A DNA stretch of 64,000 nt from Basidiobolus meristosporus CBS 931.73 (lineage: Eukaryota > Fungi > Basidiobolomycota): assembly GCA_002104905.1 (NCBI GenBank), contig MCFE01000216.1, positions 1 to 64,000 on the forward strand, written 5' to 3'. The first letter of the stretch is position 1; every line of letters begins with the position of its first letter. The translations under genes were made by a program, and so were the position numbers. The notes beneath the pieces are model-generated. The model was not told where the DNA came from. It saw only the letters and a program-made list of their open reading frames with translations, and searched no databases. Shown piece after piece: positions 1 through 13,320 of this stretch.

Positions 1-1280
1 CACTGCCAGATCCTTCACTGCTACTTTGACTGAGTGCTTCTTTGATTGAGCTATGGTTTTTCCTTGATAATTGCTGCATTCATACAACTGTGTAAGCCTG
101 CTTGTCCCTTTCTGGCACTCTCCTGCCTACCTCAAATTTCCCTGCTAATTGATTGAAGCTTTCAACCCTGCTGGTTACAAGCCCTTGACAAAGCCACTGG
201 TTTTTAGCCATGGCACCCTTGTATGTCTGCATTTGCCAGTTTCAGCTATTCTTGAGATACTTCTTTAACATATGAATGCTGGTACAAAATTCATTTGCTT
301 GCTTGAGTCCAGGATGATGCTCATGAATCAAGCACCTTCTGCCTGGTGTTGAGTGCATGATGGTCCCATGGTATGCTGGCCTTGAGGTGATGCAGTGCTA
401 GACATCTTGTAGACTCTTGAATATTAGTCCATTCTTCCCCATTGAACTTGACAACTTCACATATCATCAATTTCTTTTGATTTTTAGGCTTTGGTATAAA
501 CACCACAGTCTCTCCCTCCCATGCTGTGATAGGTCTTCTATGAGCTTTATCTTTGGGAACTGTTGTTGTGCTTCAAAAACTACACAGTGCTTCTTGGCTG
601 TGAAATTGAACTATCTGAGTTCCTTCTTTGCAGTCAAGATAATGCATTCTCAACCTGGGATATCAGTTGCTCTATATGTACTATCTGCTCATCCTGACTC
701 TGGACTATTCATTAATTTCTCCAGGCCATATCCTATCAGCCACTGCACCTAATTGCCTCATTAATGCTTTAGTATGAGGTGACAACATACTTGATATTAT
801 GGGTAGTGGTGATGTTCTGACTGTCATTTACTGGCCTTCTACTGGAGGTCCTGAACTTGCAACATTCTCATCTGCTTAAGTACTTTGGTCAGCTTGCAGC
901 TCTGCAGAGATTCACATATGCCTACTTGACTGAGAACCTGAGCAGTCCACAGTATTACCTTCAGTGGGCACACTGTCAACATGAGCATTTTTGGATGTAG
1001 CCCTACTTGTGGCACTCAATGTCAAAGAAAGTTGCTGTCCAACTATTTTTCTGCTATTGTTTGCAATGGGGTTTGGTTGTGTAACAGTCAATTTTGCTTT
1101 ATTTTTTGGCAGCATATATTTGGAAGAGAGTAATACTAAGTGGGAAATAGTACTACATATATGTGTGTATATGGTGCCACAGCTTTATATATGATAATTA
1201 TTATGGTAGGTCATCTTTAAACATTACACTCATGTAGGTGCAATTTTTGAAATGCAAGACTGTCTTGAAATCACATACGT
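1..1280 (-). mobile_element. Degenerate copy of the accessory-ORF arm of the CACTA-like element (paralog of ~17260-18580)
   Basis: Colinear, same-orientation similarity to 17260-18580; ORF fragments 912-1115 (MLPKNKAKL..) and 321-506 (VFIPKPKNQK..IPWDH) match 18178-18417 and the broken frame at ~17500-17780. Confidence 0.7.
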
Positions 1281-1414
1281 GATGATCAAAAAGTGATATA
1301 ATAGCACTACTTGATCAGTGTCAAGCTGTATGCCCATGGACAGCACTACCTTGATTCATCACTATAAGAGAAGGGAAAAAAACCATGTGGTTATTGTAAG
1401 AAGCTACTCAACGT

Positions 1415-1854
1415 TGTGGTGGTGTATAGGTCCAAGGGAGAGATATGTCCAACACTTCTCAAGTGTTTTGTGTGTGGGGTGTTCACTGGGTGCAATAACC
1501 TCTGGCAAAAGCTTGCTAGGAATACTTGGGTTCTGTCTCTAATCTAATGTGAAGGGGAATAAAGCCACAAGCTTGTCAAGGGAAAACTATTGAGCTACAA
1601 TCCCCAACTTAGTTGGCGTCTTAACAAAAGTATGTGCTGGGTTCAGCGTCCTTTGAGATGACAATGTACTAAAGCTTCCAAAGTCAAAACAACTGTAAAC
1701 TCCACCAGCAGGGACTTGATAAGAATGCAGCTGTGGTCAATAGTTACAAAGACAGAAAAGTATTTTTGCCTGTACAAGAACAAACTTGGGAAAGAATCAA
1801 ATATAATAAAAGATACCTACTCTGAGTATTCCTCACAAGTAGTGCCTCCAAGGT
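1415..1854 (-). repeat. Inverted partial copy of the LTR-like repeat at ~16193-16962
   Basis: Reverse complement of 16523-16962; similarity stops at the same terminus in both copies (TGTGG[G/T]GGTGTATAGG). Confidence 0.75.
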
Positions 1855-4800
1855 TCAGCAACTTAAAGACTATTCCTGTAAGAAAGGTTTATCTGGGAGA
1901 TAACTCTGCATTGGAAGCTACCGCCAGTGGGTCTATACAACTAAATATGAGTGATAACTCAGGGGCAACAACAGCAAAACTGACTGACGTACTCTATGTA
2001 CCTGGAATAGCTAAGAACCTACTCTCAGTCAGTAAAGCAACTACTCAGGGACTGAAATTTGTTTTTACTAAGCTGAGCTGCTCAATATTGAGTGAAAATG
2101 GACAAAAATTAGCTTTGGGAATCAGAGATCACAATATATACAGGTTACAATGCAAGATCATTGTACCTGAGTATGTCAACATTGCTGAAACTGATGAAAC
2201 CAACTGGGAGATGTGGCATAGGAGGCTAGGAAACATAGGGGAACAGATAATGAGCCAATTGGTGAAAAATCAGCTTGTTTTGGGCCTAAAATACTCAATT
2301 CCAATCAAATTGAATGTTTGTAAGGGATGTGCATATGGCAAACAAGCTAGGCAACGTTTCAAGAGCTCAGAAGGCATCAATACCACCGAAATATTGGCTA
2401 TTGTACACTCAGACATATGTGGCCCCATGAGAACACTGTCCTTTGGAGCCAAGAGATACTTTATGACGTTTATTGATGACAAGACAAGATATACATGGGT
2501 GTACTTCCTCAAAACAAAGGATGAAGCTTTAGAGACGTTTTAGCACTTCAAGAACATGGCATAAACACAAACTGGGTGTAAATTGAAGGTACTACAAAGT
2601 GACAATGGAGGAGAATACTGCTCAAAGGAGTTTGCAAAATACTGCTTGTCTACTGGTATACTTCAACAGACCACAGTTCCTGATACTCCACAGCAAAATG
2701 GAGTAGCAGAACGTGCAAATAGAACAATAGTGGAGATGGGAAGATATATGCTACATAATAAGGGAATGGACTACAAGTCTTGGGCTGAATCTGTTGCTAC
2801 CGCTGTATACATCAAGAACAGATGCCCAACAACAGCACTACATGATTCTACACCCTTTGAAGCATATACAGCCAAAAAACCAGATCTCCAGCACCTCAGG
2901 ATCTTTGGCAGTGATGTTTTTTATCACATCCCTGACAAAAAGCGCTCAAAGTTGGAACCAAAGAGTAGAAAAGGGATATTCCTTGGGTATTGTGAAGATA
3001 CTAAAGGGTATAGAGTGTATGATGGCAAAATACAGAAGCTGATCAAGAGCAGGGACGTTTTATTTGAGGAGATTTCAGATCAGAAAGCCACGGAAATCAT
3101 TGGCCAGCTGCCTGATGATGCAATCAACACAAATGAAGAAGATACGTACCAAATCCAGCCAGAGATGGAAGATACTTCTACCAGTTCTAGATCAGAACAG
3201 ATTATCCCAGTTAGGAGTTCTACCAGAATAAGAAATGCCCCTGGATCCTAGTGGCAGACATCCAATGATCATGAAGAAGCTTATCTTGCCTTATGTGCTG
3301 AACCTCAGAATTGGGAACAGGCAATGCAAGGTCCAGATGCTACTAAGTGGCAACAAGCCATGCAGGAGGAGTACCAATCACTGATCAAGGCAAAAATGTG
3401 GGAACTGGTAGATTTACCAAATGGGAGAAAGCTAATAGGATGTGGATGGGTCTACAAGATCAAGATAACCTCAAATGGTGCCGTTGATAAGTACAAGGCT
3501 AGATTGGTAGCTAAAGGCTATTCCCAGATCCAGGGACTAGTCTTTAAGGAAACATTTGCTCCAGTTGGCAAGTTTAACTCTATTAGGACAGTTCTAGCCC
3601 TGGCAGCTGTACACAGTCTAGATCTACACCAAATGGACATCAAAACAGCCTTTCTAAATGAAGATTTGCAAGAAACTGTATATATGGAGCAACCAGAAGG
3701 TCTTACCGATCCAAAAAGCCCCCATAAGGTGTGCAAACTTAGAAAATTGTTGTATGGGCTTAAGCAGGCACCCAGAGCATGGTATAACAAGATTGACACA
3801 TATCTAGAGGAAATTGGGTTCTCTCGTAGCACTGCAGATCACAGTATATATGTGAAACAGCTCAAAAAGGGTGTGCTCATCCTAGTTCTTTATGTGGACG
3901 ACCTAATTATAGCTACAAGTGATCAAGAGGCACTTAAACAGACAAAATCAGATCTCTTCAGCAAGTTTGAGATGAAAGATCTTGGAAAATTGAGCTATTT
4001 TCTTAGAATTGAGGTCAAATTTGACATACCTACGCAGAAAATTGTGCTGAATCAGTCTAAGTACATCAGGGACATTCTTAGACGCTTCAAAATGGAAAAT
4101 TGCAAGCCTGCAGCAACCCCTATGGACAATAACCTGAAATTAAGCAAATCTCAGCCAGTTATAGATGAAAACGGCTCAAATATGGACCAAAACTTTCCCT
4201 ATCAATCAATGGTTGGTAGCCTAATGTACTTGATGGTGTCTACACGTCCAGATATTGCAGTAGCAGTTGGAATAGTCAGTCAACTCATGCAGAATTATGG
4301 ATCAGATCAAATTGCAGCAGTTAAGCGGATTGTCAGATATCTACAAGGTACCATAAATATGGTATTGGAATACTCTGGAGCAGCTAATAGGCAAATATTT
4401 GATGGTTATAGTGATTCAGATTGGGGTAGGGATCTGATTGACAGATGCTCTACCACAGGCTATGTATTTCTTTATGCTGGTGCAGCTATTACTTGGAATT
4501 GCAAGAAACAACCAACTGTGGCACTATCTATAACTGAAGCCAAATATATGGCTGCATGTCAAGCAACTAAGGAGGCTATATGGCTACAAAAATTATTCAA
4601 AGACTTAGGTTTTAATTCAGGTGAACCAACATGTATTTACAAGGATAATCAAAGTTGTATTTCATTAGCTAGAAATCCTACTAATCATGCCAGAACTAAG
4701 CACATTGATATACAGCATCACTTTGTGAGGGAAGCTGTAGAAAATAACTTAGTGGAGCTGGTTTACTGCCCAACTGACAAAATGGTGGCAGACATATTGA

Positions 4801-4877
4801 CAAAACCACTAGCTAGGCCACAGTTTGAGATCCTTAGAGAGAAATTGGGATTAAGAAATTATTTAGTTGAGGGGGAG
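1855..4877 (+). mobile_element. Ty1/copia retrotransposon family A, 5'-truncated, degenerate pol (GAG-pre-integrase, integrase, RT, RNase H)
   Basis: Motifs WHRRLG, VHSDICGP, SDNGGEY, PQQNGVAER, YKARLVAKG, LYVDDL and ARTKHIDI in ORFs 1716-2543, 2583-3251 and 3324-4883; integrase precedes RT (copia order); in-frame stops; polypurine tract GAGGGGGAG at 4869-4877. Confidence 0.95.
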
Positions 4878-5146
4878 TGTTGAAATATTGAACTATTTGG
4901 TATCATTCAGCAGCTAAAAATTTACTTAACAATTCTAGGCTAGTCTTAGTCACTGTAGGACTCATTTACTGCCTTAACTTTGCCACTTTCTCCAGATATA
5001 TGATCTTATGATTATTCCCCTATAGTCAGGATCAAATTAGCACTATTAGCAAACATTATGTACTAACCCTGAAACTGTTACAGAATGCTCCTGAATATTG
5101 AGAAACACTCCCTACTTAGTGTTGCAGCTGTATTACTTCTACAAAG
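4878..5146 (+). repeat. 3' LTR of copia family A (right end uncertain)
   Basis: Begins TGTTG immediately after the polypurine tract; at ~5150 the sequence switches to family B gag (matches 23051 onward). Confidence 0.6.
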
Positions 5147-5149
5147 GTA

Positions 5150-8100
5150 TAAGTAAGAGAATCAAGTGCAAATAAGCAGGAAGAAGAAAATGCTTTAATA
5201 AGCAATGATAACCAACAAAGGAGGTACTCAAAACCCAAAACCCTACAAAGGCAACAGCAACCTATTTTGTAACTACTGCAAAAGGAAAGGACACACATCA
5301 GACCGGTGACTCAAAATGAAAGATAAACAGCAAAAGAAGCCTGAATATGAAAATGCTGCAACAACTGAAGATAGACTATTCATATCTGCACTAAATATGA
5401 CCACAAACAAGGATTCTCAGATGTGGTATATTGACTCTGGAGCATCTCAACACTTTACACACCAAAAAGAACTTTTTACCCAATATCAAGAAATTCCTAT
5501 TAAGAAGGTTTTCATGGGTGATGATAGAACACTTGATGCAGTGGGAGAAGGGACTATCCAAGTAAACCTACGAAGCAGTGAAGGAAGCCATATGCTTACT
5601 TTCAAAGAAGTACTCTATGTACTAGAAATAGCCAAGAACCTACCATCAATAAGCAAGGCTACTGCAGACGGACTCAGTTTCAGCTTGGACAAATCTGGAT
5701 GCAGGATCACCAATCAAAATGGTGCCCATATTGTTTTGGGTATCAGCGATCAGAATCTATACAAGTTGACTTATATTCCATCATATTTGGAAGCCAATAT
5801 AAGTAACTTAAATGAAGAAACACAAATACTTTGGCACAGGAGATTTGGGCACATCAATGTTGATTATTTATGCAAAATGATCAAAGATCAGCTAATTTCT
5901 GGGGTAACAATTGATCCCCCAGCTGATTTGGTGCACTGTGAAGCCTGCATATATGGGAAACAAGCCAGACAACAGTTCAAGAGCTCTGGGCTAATCAAAA
6001 CTAAGAAAAAATTAGATCTAATTCACTCAGATCTGTGTGGACCTTTACAAAATTTATCCTTAGGTGGGATGAAGTATTTAATCACTTTTATTGATGATTA
6101 TTCAAGATACACATGGATCTACTTCATGGAGAGAAAGGAAGAGGCTCTGTCTAAGTTTAGGGAGTTTAAAGTCATGGTGGAGAGAGAAACCTATGAAAAA
6201 ATCAGGAAAATACGCTCTGAGAATGGTGGAGATTATACCTCAAAACTCTTCATCCACTTCTGCAAAATTCATGGGATAAAGCAAGAGACTACTGTACCAT
6301 ACTCCCCACAGAAAAATGGAGTAGCAGAATATGCTAACAGATCAATAATTGATATGGCAAGATCTATGATCCATGATCAAAAATTATCCTACAATATTTG
6401 TGCAGAATCAGTTGCCACTGCCATATACTTCAAAAATAGGAGCTATAGCAGAATAACTTGTGATTCTACTCCATTTGAAGCATGGTATGGATACCAACCA
6501 AGTGCAGAACATCTAAGAATATTTGGGTGTACAGCATATGCCAAGAAACTGCCTAGAAATCAGTCAAAATTTGAGCCAAAAAGTGTAAAATGCATATTTT
6601 TGGGCCACTGCAATGAGAGTAAGGCATACAGATTCTACAATACCAAAGCAAAGAAGCTAATCAAGTCCAGGGATGCTTTGTTTGATGAAAATTCAAAATT
6701 TTCACAAAAAACAGCATCAGATGATCACAAAAATATGATCTCAAATCCACCAATTGTCAGGATTGAATCAGTGCAAAACAATGAAGATTTTTTCACTCCA
6801 GAGGACTCTACGACTGTGGTTCAGCCAGAATCAAGTGCCCAGGAATATCCCAGAAGTGATCATTCCAGTATCAAATGCCCAGAGATCCAATTGGGCAAGA
6901 AATGGCCCAAATTACTATATAAATGTGAATACAAACTTAGCCTATGCCTATTCAGTCCATATTGATGAACCCCAGACTGTAAAAGAGGCCCTATATAGCC
7001 CTCAGACAAAGTTTTGGAGATCTGCAATGACTGAGGAATATCAGGCCCTGATAAAATATCAATCTTGGGACTTTGTCAAATTACCAATCAACCAAAATTC
7101 TATTGGATGCAGATGGGTCTTCAAGACAAAATACAAGGCTGATGGTACAATTGAAAGATACAAAGCAATACTTGTAGCCAAAGGATACTCTCAAACAAAA
7201 GGACTTGACTATACTGAGACCTTTGCACTGGTAGCCAAGTTTAATTCCATCAGATTAATGTTGGCTATTGGAGCCAAATTTAAGTTTTTTATTGATCAAA
7301 TGGATGTAAAAACTGCATTTTTGAATCAAGAACTTGATGAGGATTTGCATATGGACCAGCCTGATGGGTTTATTGACCAAGATAGCCCCCATTTGGTCTG
7401 CAAGCTTAAAAAGTCTCTACATGGTCTCAAACAATAACCAAGAGCCTGGAATTGCAAGATAGATTCTTATTTGGAATCTTTGAGTTTTACAAGGAGCAAT
7501 GCTGACTATAGCATATACTATAAGCAAGATAGAGCAAATCCAGTTTTATTAGCTCTATATGTGGATGATCTTATTATAGCCACCAATAACCTAGAAACAT
7601 TGGAGGAGACAAATCCAGCCTTTCTAAGGAGTTCAAGATGTCCAATCTAGGAGAACTCAGATACTACTTAGGGATTAAGTTCTCCTTAGACAGAAGTACC
7701 CAGACTATCACCCTAAGCCAAGCAAGGTATATTCAAGATATACTAAAGAATGATAAAATGGAAGACTGTAAACCAGCAACTACCCCAATGGAGACAAACC
7801 TTAACTTAGTCAAAACTCAACCAAATCAAGAGAGCTTGATGCCATCTGAAAGCCCTGACTTTCCTTATCAATCTATGGTTGGCAGTCTGATGTATATCAT
7901 GCTTGGAACACGTCCAGATATCTCATATTCAGTAGGTGCTGTCAGACAACATAGTCAGAACTATGGATCTGATCATATTGCAGCAGTTAAGCGGATTTTT
8001 AGTTACCTAAAAGGAACTGCTGATATCTGCTTGAGATACACTTATAAGGATTCAGAACAGGATCTTGTGGGATACTCTGATGCTGATTGGGGACAAAATT

Positions 8101-8547
8101 TGCATGACAGAAGATCCACCACAAGATACACCTTTCTTTACTGCAAAGGAGCAATTTCATGGAACTCAAGAATGCAACCAACCATATCACTTTCTACCAC
8201 AGAGGCAGAGTATATGACAGCCTGTGAAGCTACAAAAGAAGCAATGTGGTTTAGAAAGCTTTCTGAAGATTTAGGCCTATGTCAAAAAATGCCTATTACT
8301 TTATTTCACAATAATCAAGGATGTATACAATTTGGTAGAAATCCAACTTTGCATGCTAGGACCAAGCACATAGATATTAGACATCATTTCATACATGAAG
8401 CTATAGAGAATAACTTAGTTAGCTTAGTTTACTGTCCTATAGATGAAATGATTGCAGACATATTAACAAACCATTAGCTAGAGACAAGTTTGAATATCTT
8501 AGGTCAAAATTAGGACTAGTCAGTGTGAACATTTAGCTGAGTGGAAG
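5150..8547 (+). mobile_element. Ty1/copia family B, copy 1, 5'-truncated internal region (gag end, protease, integrase, RT, RNase H), degenerate
   Basis: WYIDSGAS, WHRRFGH, HSDLCGP, ARTKHIDI motifs; colinear with 23051-26440; several stops and frameshifts; PPT GAGTGGAAG at 8539-8547. Confidence 0.95.
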
Positions 8548-8800
8548 TGTTGTAAAAATTGTATTTCCACCTAAATACTCACATAACTTAGTCACTTAGA
8601 TCATTACCTTCATATCCTAGAGAATACTGACCAAATATCTTGTTGGGATTTACTTAGAATATTTACCTAGGATATGAAAATTTGTTAAGTTGTCCAAACA
8701 GCCCCAAACTTTGCACACATGCTCTTGGGACCTTCCTTAACCTATTCTACATGTTTGTAATTCCAAGACCAGGTAAAAGTATAAATACTACTTTTAGATT
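8548..8800 (+). repeat. Copia B 3' LTR, left part (interrupted by the Harbinger insertion)
   Basis: Starts TGTTGTAAAA; matches LTR 22108-22455 up to just past the TATA-like GTATAAATA; resumes at 15334. Confidence 0.9.
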
Positions 8801-9112
8801 AGACTTGTTCCATTGGATAGTGCCACATAGTGCCAGCCTGTTTATGGTGCCGGATCAATCTGGCACTCTCCGGCACTATCTGGCACTATAATTTCTACCA
8901 TGATGCCAGTAGTATGATACAGTTACTGGTGATTTAACTCAATCTTACTTATGTTGCTCAGAATAGTGCTTTCCTTGCTTTATTTACTCTTCATAATGCT
9001 CCAGACACATTTCTCTCAGTGGATGTCTTCTTGTATGAACATACTGTGCATTAATAAGTATCTTAACTATTTTACCTATTCTGCTGTTTTCTCCTACATA
9101 TGACTTTCCTCT

Positions 9113-9800
9113 CTATTTACCTGCCAATATGCTGAATCTCTTCAGATATCCAAATGTGTGCTCTACCCTCACTCTGAAATGATTTAATATCTCATTGTAG
9201 AGCTTCTGCTTCCTGCTAAGTATACCATTCCTTGGCTTCCTACAAGCTGTAATACATCCTAATCTCTGACAATCCTCTCCTATATAGGCTAAGTTTGCCA
9301 TACATTTCTCCCCTCTACTGAATTCAGGATGATTCTCTACCCAGAGTGCTTTGTCATGCCTACTTCCAGCAAATGGCCCACTAAACCAGATGATGTTACC
9401 CTCAATGTCAGACAGTGCTTGAAACTTCACACAGTGTGCCTTGTACTTGCCAGAATAAAAGTGCCTCTGCCCTCTAGAAGGTCTGTTAATCCTCACTGGG
9501 AAGGTATCCAAAATACTCCTGATATGGAACCTGTTGCTGAACACTCTGGGATATGGAAGTCTATTGGAGCTTCTGAACCTAGTATTCCAAGCTTGCTCTA
9601 AGTCATTTGTACCCTCTGCAAGGTGGTTCTCCATTCCTGTCAGCTGGGAACAAAAGCTTCTTGGACTTTTGTTGCCATGGATGGTGGGATGAAATCTTGT
9701 AGGGCAATAGTTCTTGTAATAGCAGAGAAGCTTAACAAGGGATCTCCCTGAGTAGATTGGGGTTGATGGTCCACAGTACTTGGAATAGATCTCCTCTAGT
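9113..9800 (-). pseudogene. DDE_Tnp_4-type (PIF/Harbinger/IS5-like) transposase, copy 1
   Basis: LDTFPVRI..YSGKYKAHCVKFQALSD..SGPFAGSRHD..ANLAY..RVRVEHTFGYLKRF; the second catalytic Asp reads Asn here (ADLAY in copy 2). 5' boundary is approximate. Confidence 0.85.
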
Positions 9801-10187
9801 GTGTGAACAGGAAATCCAGTGGTAGTGATGGGATTGATGAGATAAGACTATTTAGATGAGTAAGTCATATTAAAATTGGTGGATGATTGTATGGAGGCAG
9901 TTTGAATTGATTTGGCATGATCTGCGTTATTTAACTGATTTTTAATACATTATGGTTAGATCTCCATCAATTGCCATGTATCCCATCATTATGTTGCAAA
10001 AATCATCCGCAAACAATGCCTTGGTACTTTTATTGATGCTTTAATCCTAGGTCTATAATCAAATAGGAAATCTGCAATTGATGTGATCTGACCCGTGTCA
10101 ACACAATCCAAGATGCATCATGCATAATATATGGAAAATTCAACAATCACATTAGTTTTCGTATATATGTCATATAAGACCAGGTTG

Positions 10188-11473
10188 ATGCCAAAATACT
10201 GCTGTATAAGTATCCAAGTCTGTTGCTATGGTCTCCACACCAAGCCTCAACTCATCTTTAGTACAACCCAGACAAAACCCATCCCCCAGCTCACAAGCAC
10301 AGTCTGGACCGGAAAAGTCAATGTTGGATCTGTTCAAGTTCTTGCCATATGATTTAGTATGGCTGAAGTATCTATGATGAGCCTTCATACAGATATTTGG
10401 GCACTACTGATTAATCTAGCAGAACTAGATACCTCAGAGAGTTGACAAAGATGGAAGAATCTGAGTAGAAAGCTGTGGCATGAGTTCTACATCAAGATGC
10501 CAGCTGATGTATGTAAAAAGATATATAACAAGACAAGCATTGAAATCAAGAATGAGCTGAGAGTGAGGGGATTTGTCAAAGAAGCTGCGTGGGAACAATT
10601 TTGCGCGCAATTTGCACAGTACAGGCTGGATGCATCTGTTTGTGCCTCAACTTTGGGAACCAAACAGATTTTGAATGAGTTTTTGCCTCAAATGACTAAT
10701 GTACTATGTGATATATTAGTAGAGCTAAGTGGCTTCCAAGAGCAATATACACAGGACTCATCCAGGCAACAGCTCTAAAGTATCAGACAGAGGGTAAGTG
10801 AATACCTTGAGGAATCAGATGGTGAGCTTCAGGAGGAAGAATACAGACCGCAAGCAACATTGTCCAGATTGCGCCAGCACGCCTTGCTGGATTCCCTACC
10901 ATCTCTTGCAACCACAGCGCACCAGCGCACGTCAGTCCAGACCACGCCACACCCTTTACCAGAACACCCCACATCAAGTCAACGCACGTTGAGTTATAGT
11001 GCGCGCTTCAGAGCAAAACTACAAGTACTTGCCAAACAGCTCATTTAGGCACAAGTCCATTGGAGCAGACCAAGTTGCGTCAACATGCAGCATCACATCA
11101 AACTCTGCCAAGGGCCATCTCAATGCATCAAGGCATGCCTGCGTGTGCTGTTTTGCCTGACCATCAGCAAGTTACTTCTGGTGGACTGACTGATGATGAC
11201 CAACATGAAGTGCCTCAACCACCAGAGCCCTTAGCAAGTAAAAGAACGCGTCAGCGTGTGGCACTACAGGCCGGTTCAGTTGGTTCAGTCAGAGCAATTC
11301 AGCGCGGCCAAGCTGCAGCATTGCACTCATCAACTAGGAGGCAAAATACTGACTACAAATACACAAGTAGCCTACATGATAGTCAGCTAGGAAGTAGTAT
11401 AGGTGTGCAAAGTGAGTCACTACCAAATGCTTCAGTTGTAATCCCTGTGAGAAAAAAACCCAGGAGAAGATGA
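10188..11473 (+). pseudogene. Myb/SANT-like accessory ORF of the Harbinger element, copy 1
   Basis: Reading through a TGA gives WSGPEKSMLDLF...(R)QRWKNLSRK, a SANT/Myb-like pattern; C-terminal basic KKPRRR; internal stops. Start codon and splicing are inferred. Confidence 0.6.
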
Positions 11474-12233
11474 TGAAATTACTTTGAATTGCTTACATTT
11501 GTAATGATCCCAATAACCCATTTTTTTGCAATCCAAATCAAGCCATTGCAAATCAGTGATCAGCAAATTTTTGTTATAAGTAATATCAAGGTTGTCTCAC
11601 ATGTGAGACAGAACCCCTATAAATAAACACCCTGCATATATATACATCATCTGTAATACCAGTGCAGCTATTGGATCTGTTTTGCACCTACATGATTGCT
11701 TGCGTGCTAGCTATGACACCTTGTCCAATCACTAGGATCAGGGATTTACTTGCTCAATAGACAAAATGGGATATTTGATGGGGAATCAGGTAGCTTTTTC
11801 AGTAGTCAATGAGCCAACTGCGGGCTGCCAGCTTCAGGATACTTTGGACCAATTAACCACTGATATACCGTCCAATTGGAGTGAGGGTAACCAAAATGGT
11901 AAGTATCAGTGTAGTTTATCGTGTGATACACATTTATTTCCATTTACATCAAAGAAACATATCCAAATACCAGATTTTACCTGCCATTATAGCGGTATCC
12001 AATTGCGCACGTGATGCAAACATTACAAGTTGGCGCAATCATCCGTGCCAACCTCATTGTGTCAGATTGTGCCATAGTGTGCATTTGTCCCGCATAGTGC
12101 AAAATTGTCCATGAACAATCCTGCCTTCTGGTAGCTATAATTTTGCGCCCAATCATTCTTGACAACCACAGATTGCACCACGCGCCCTGGCACGGTACAA
12201 TGGAACAAGTCTATTCTGCTGTTTTCTCCTATA

Positions 12234-12920
12234 TATGACTTTCCTCTCTATTTACCTGCCAATATGCTGAATCTCTTCAGATATCCAAATGTGTGCTCTA
12301 CCCTCACTCTGAAATGATTTAATATCTCATTGTAGAGCTTTGCTTCCTGCTAAGTATACCATTCCTTGGCTTCCTACAAGCTGTAATACATCCTAATCTC
12401 TGACAATCCTCTCCTATATAGGCTAAGTCTGCCATACATTTCTCCCCTCTACTGAATTCAGGATGATTCTCTACCCAGAGTGCTTTGTCATGCCTACTTC
12501 CAGCAAATGGCCCACTAAACCAGATGATGTTACCCTCAATGTCAGACAGTGCTTGAAACTTCACACAGTGTGCCTTGTACTTGCCAGAATAAAAGTGCCT
12601 CTGCCCTCTAGAAGGTCTGTTAATCCTCACTGGGAAGGTATCCAAAATACTCCTGATATGGAACCTGTTGCTGAACACTCTGGGATATGGAAGTCTATTG
12701 GAGCTTCTGAACCTAGTATTCCAAGCTTGCTCTAAGTCATTTGTACCCTCAGCAAGGTGGTTCTCCATTGCTGTCAGCTGGGAATGAAAGCTTCTTGGAC
12801 TTTTGTTGCCATGGATGGTGGGATGAAGTCTTGTAGGGCAATAGTTCTTGTAATAGCAGAGAAGCTTAACAAGGGATCTCCTTGAGTAGATTGGGGTTGA
12901 TGGTCCACAGTACCTGGAAT
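12234..12920 (-). pseudogene. DDE_Tnp_4-type transposase, copy 2 (frameshifted near 12340)
   Basis: Same motifs as copy 1 with ADLAY intact; a 1-bp deletion relative to copy 1 truncates the ORF at 12319. Confidence 0.85.
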
Positions 12921-13320
12921 AGATCCCTCTAGTGTGTCAAAAGGAAATCCAGTGGTAGTGATGGGATTGATGAGAAAAGACTATTCAGATGAGTAAGTCA
13001 TATTAAAATTGGTGGGTGATTGTATGTAGGTGGTTTGAATTGATTTGGCATGATATGCATTATTTATCTGATTTTTAATACAATATGGTTAAATCTCCAT
13101 CAATTGCCATGTATCCCATCATTATGTTGCAAAAATTATCCGCAAACAATGCCTTGGTACTTTTGTTGATGCTTTAATCATAGGTCTATAATCAAATAGG
13201 AAATCTGCAATTGATGTGATCTGATCCATCTTGACACGATCCAAGATGCATCATGCATAATATATGGAAAATCCAACAATCACATTAGTTTTCATATATA
13301 TGTCATATAAGACCAGGTTG

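Larger units (their letters stand above)
8801..12212. mobile_element. PIF/Harbinger-type DNA transposon, copy 1 (both TIRs present)
   Basis: 15-bp perfect TIR AGACTTGTTCCATTG (8801-8815) / CAATGGAACAAGTCT (12198-12212), extending to ~25 bp imperfectly; ATT on both flanks; encodes a DDE transposase and a divergent Myb/SANT-like ORF. Confidence 0.85.

Noticed and set aside
1716-1860. Apparent novel N-terminus fused to copia A pol
   Set aside because: It is an accidental read-through from the inverted LTR-like repeat into a truncated pol.
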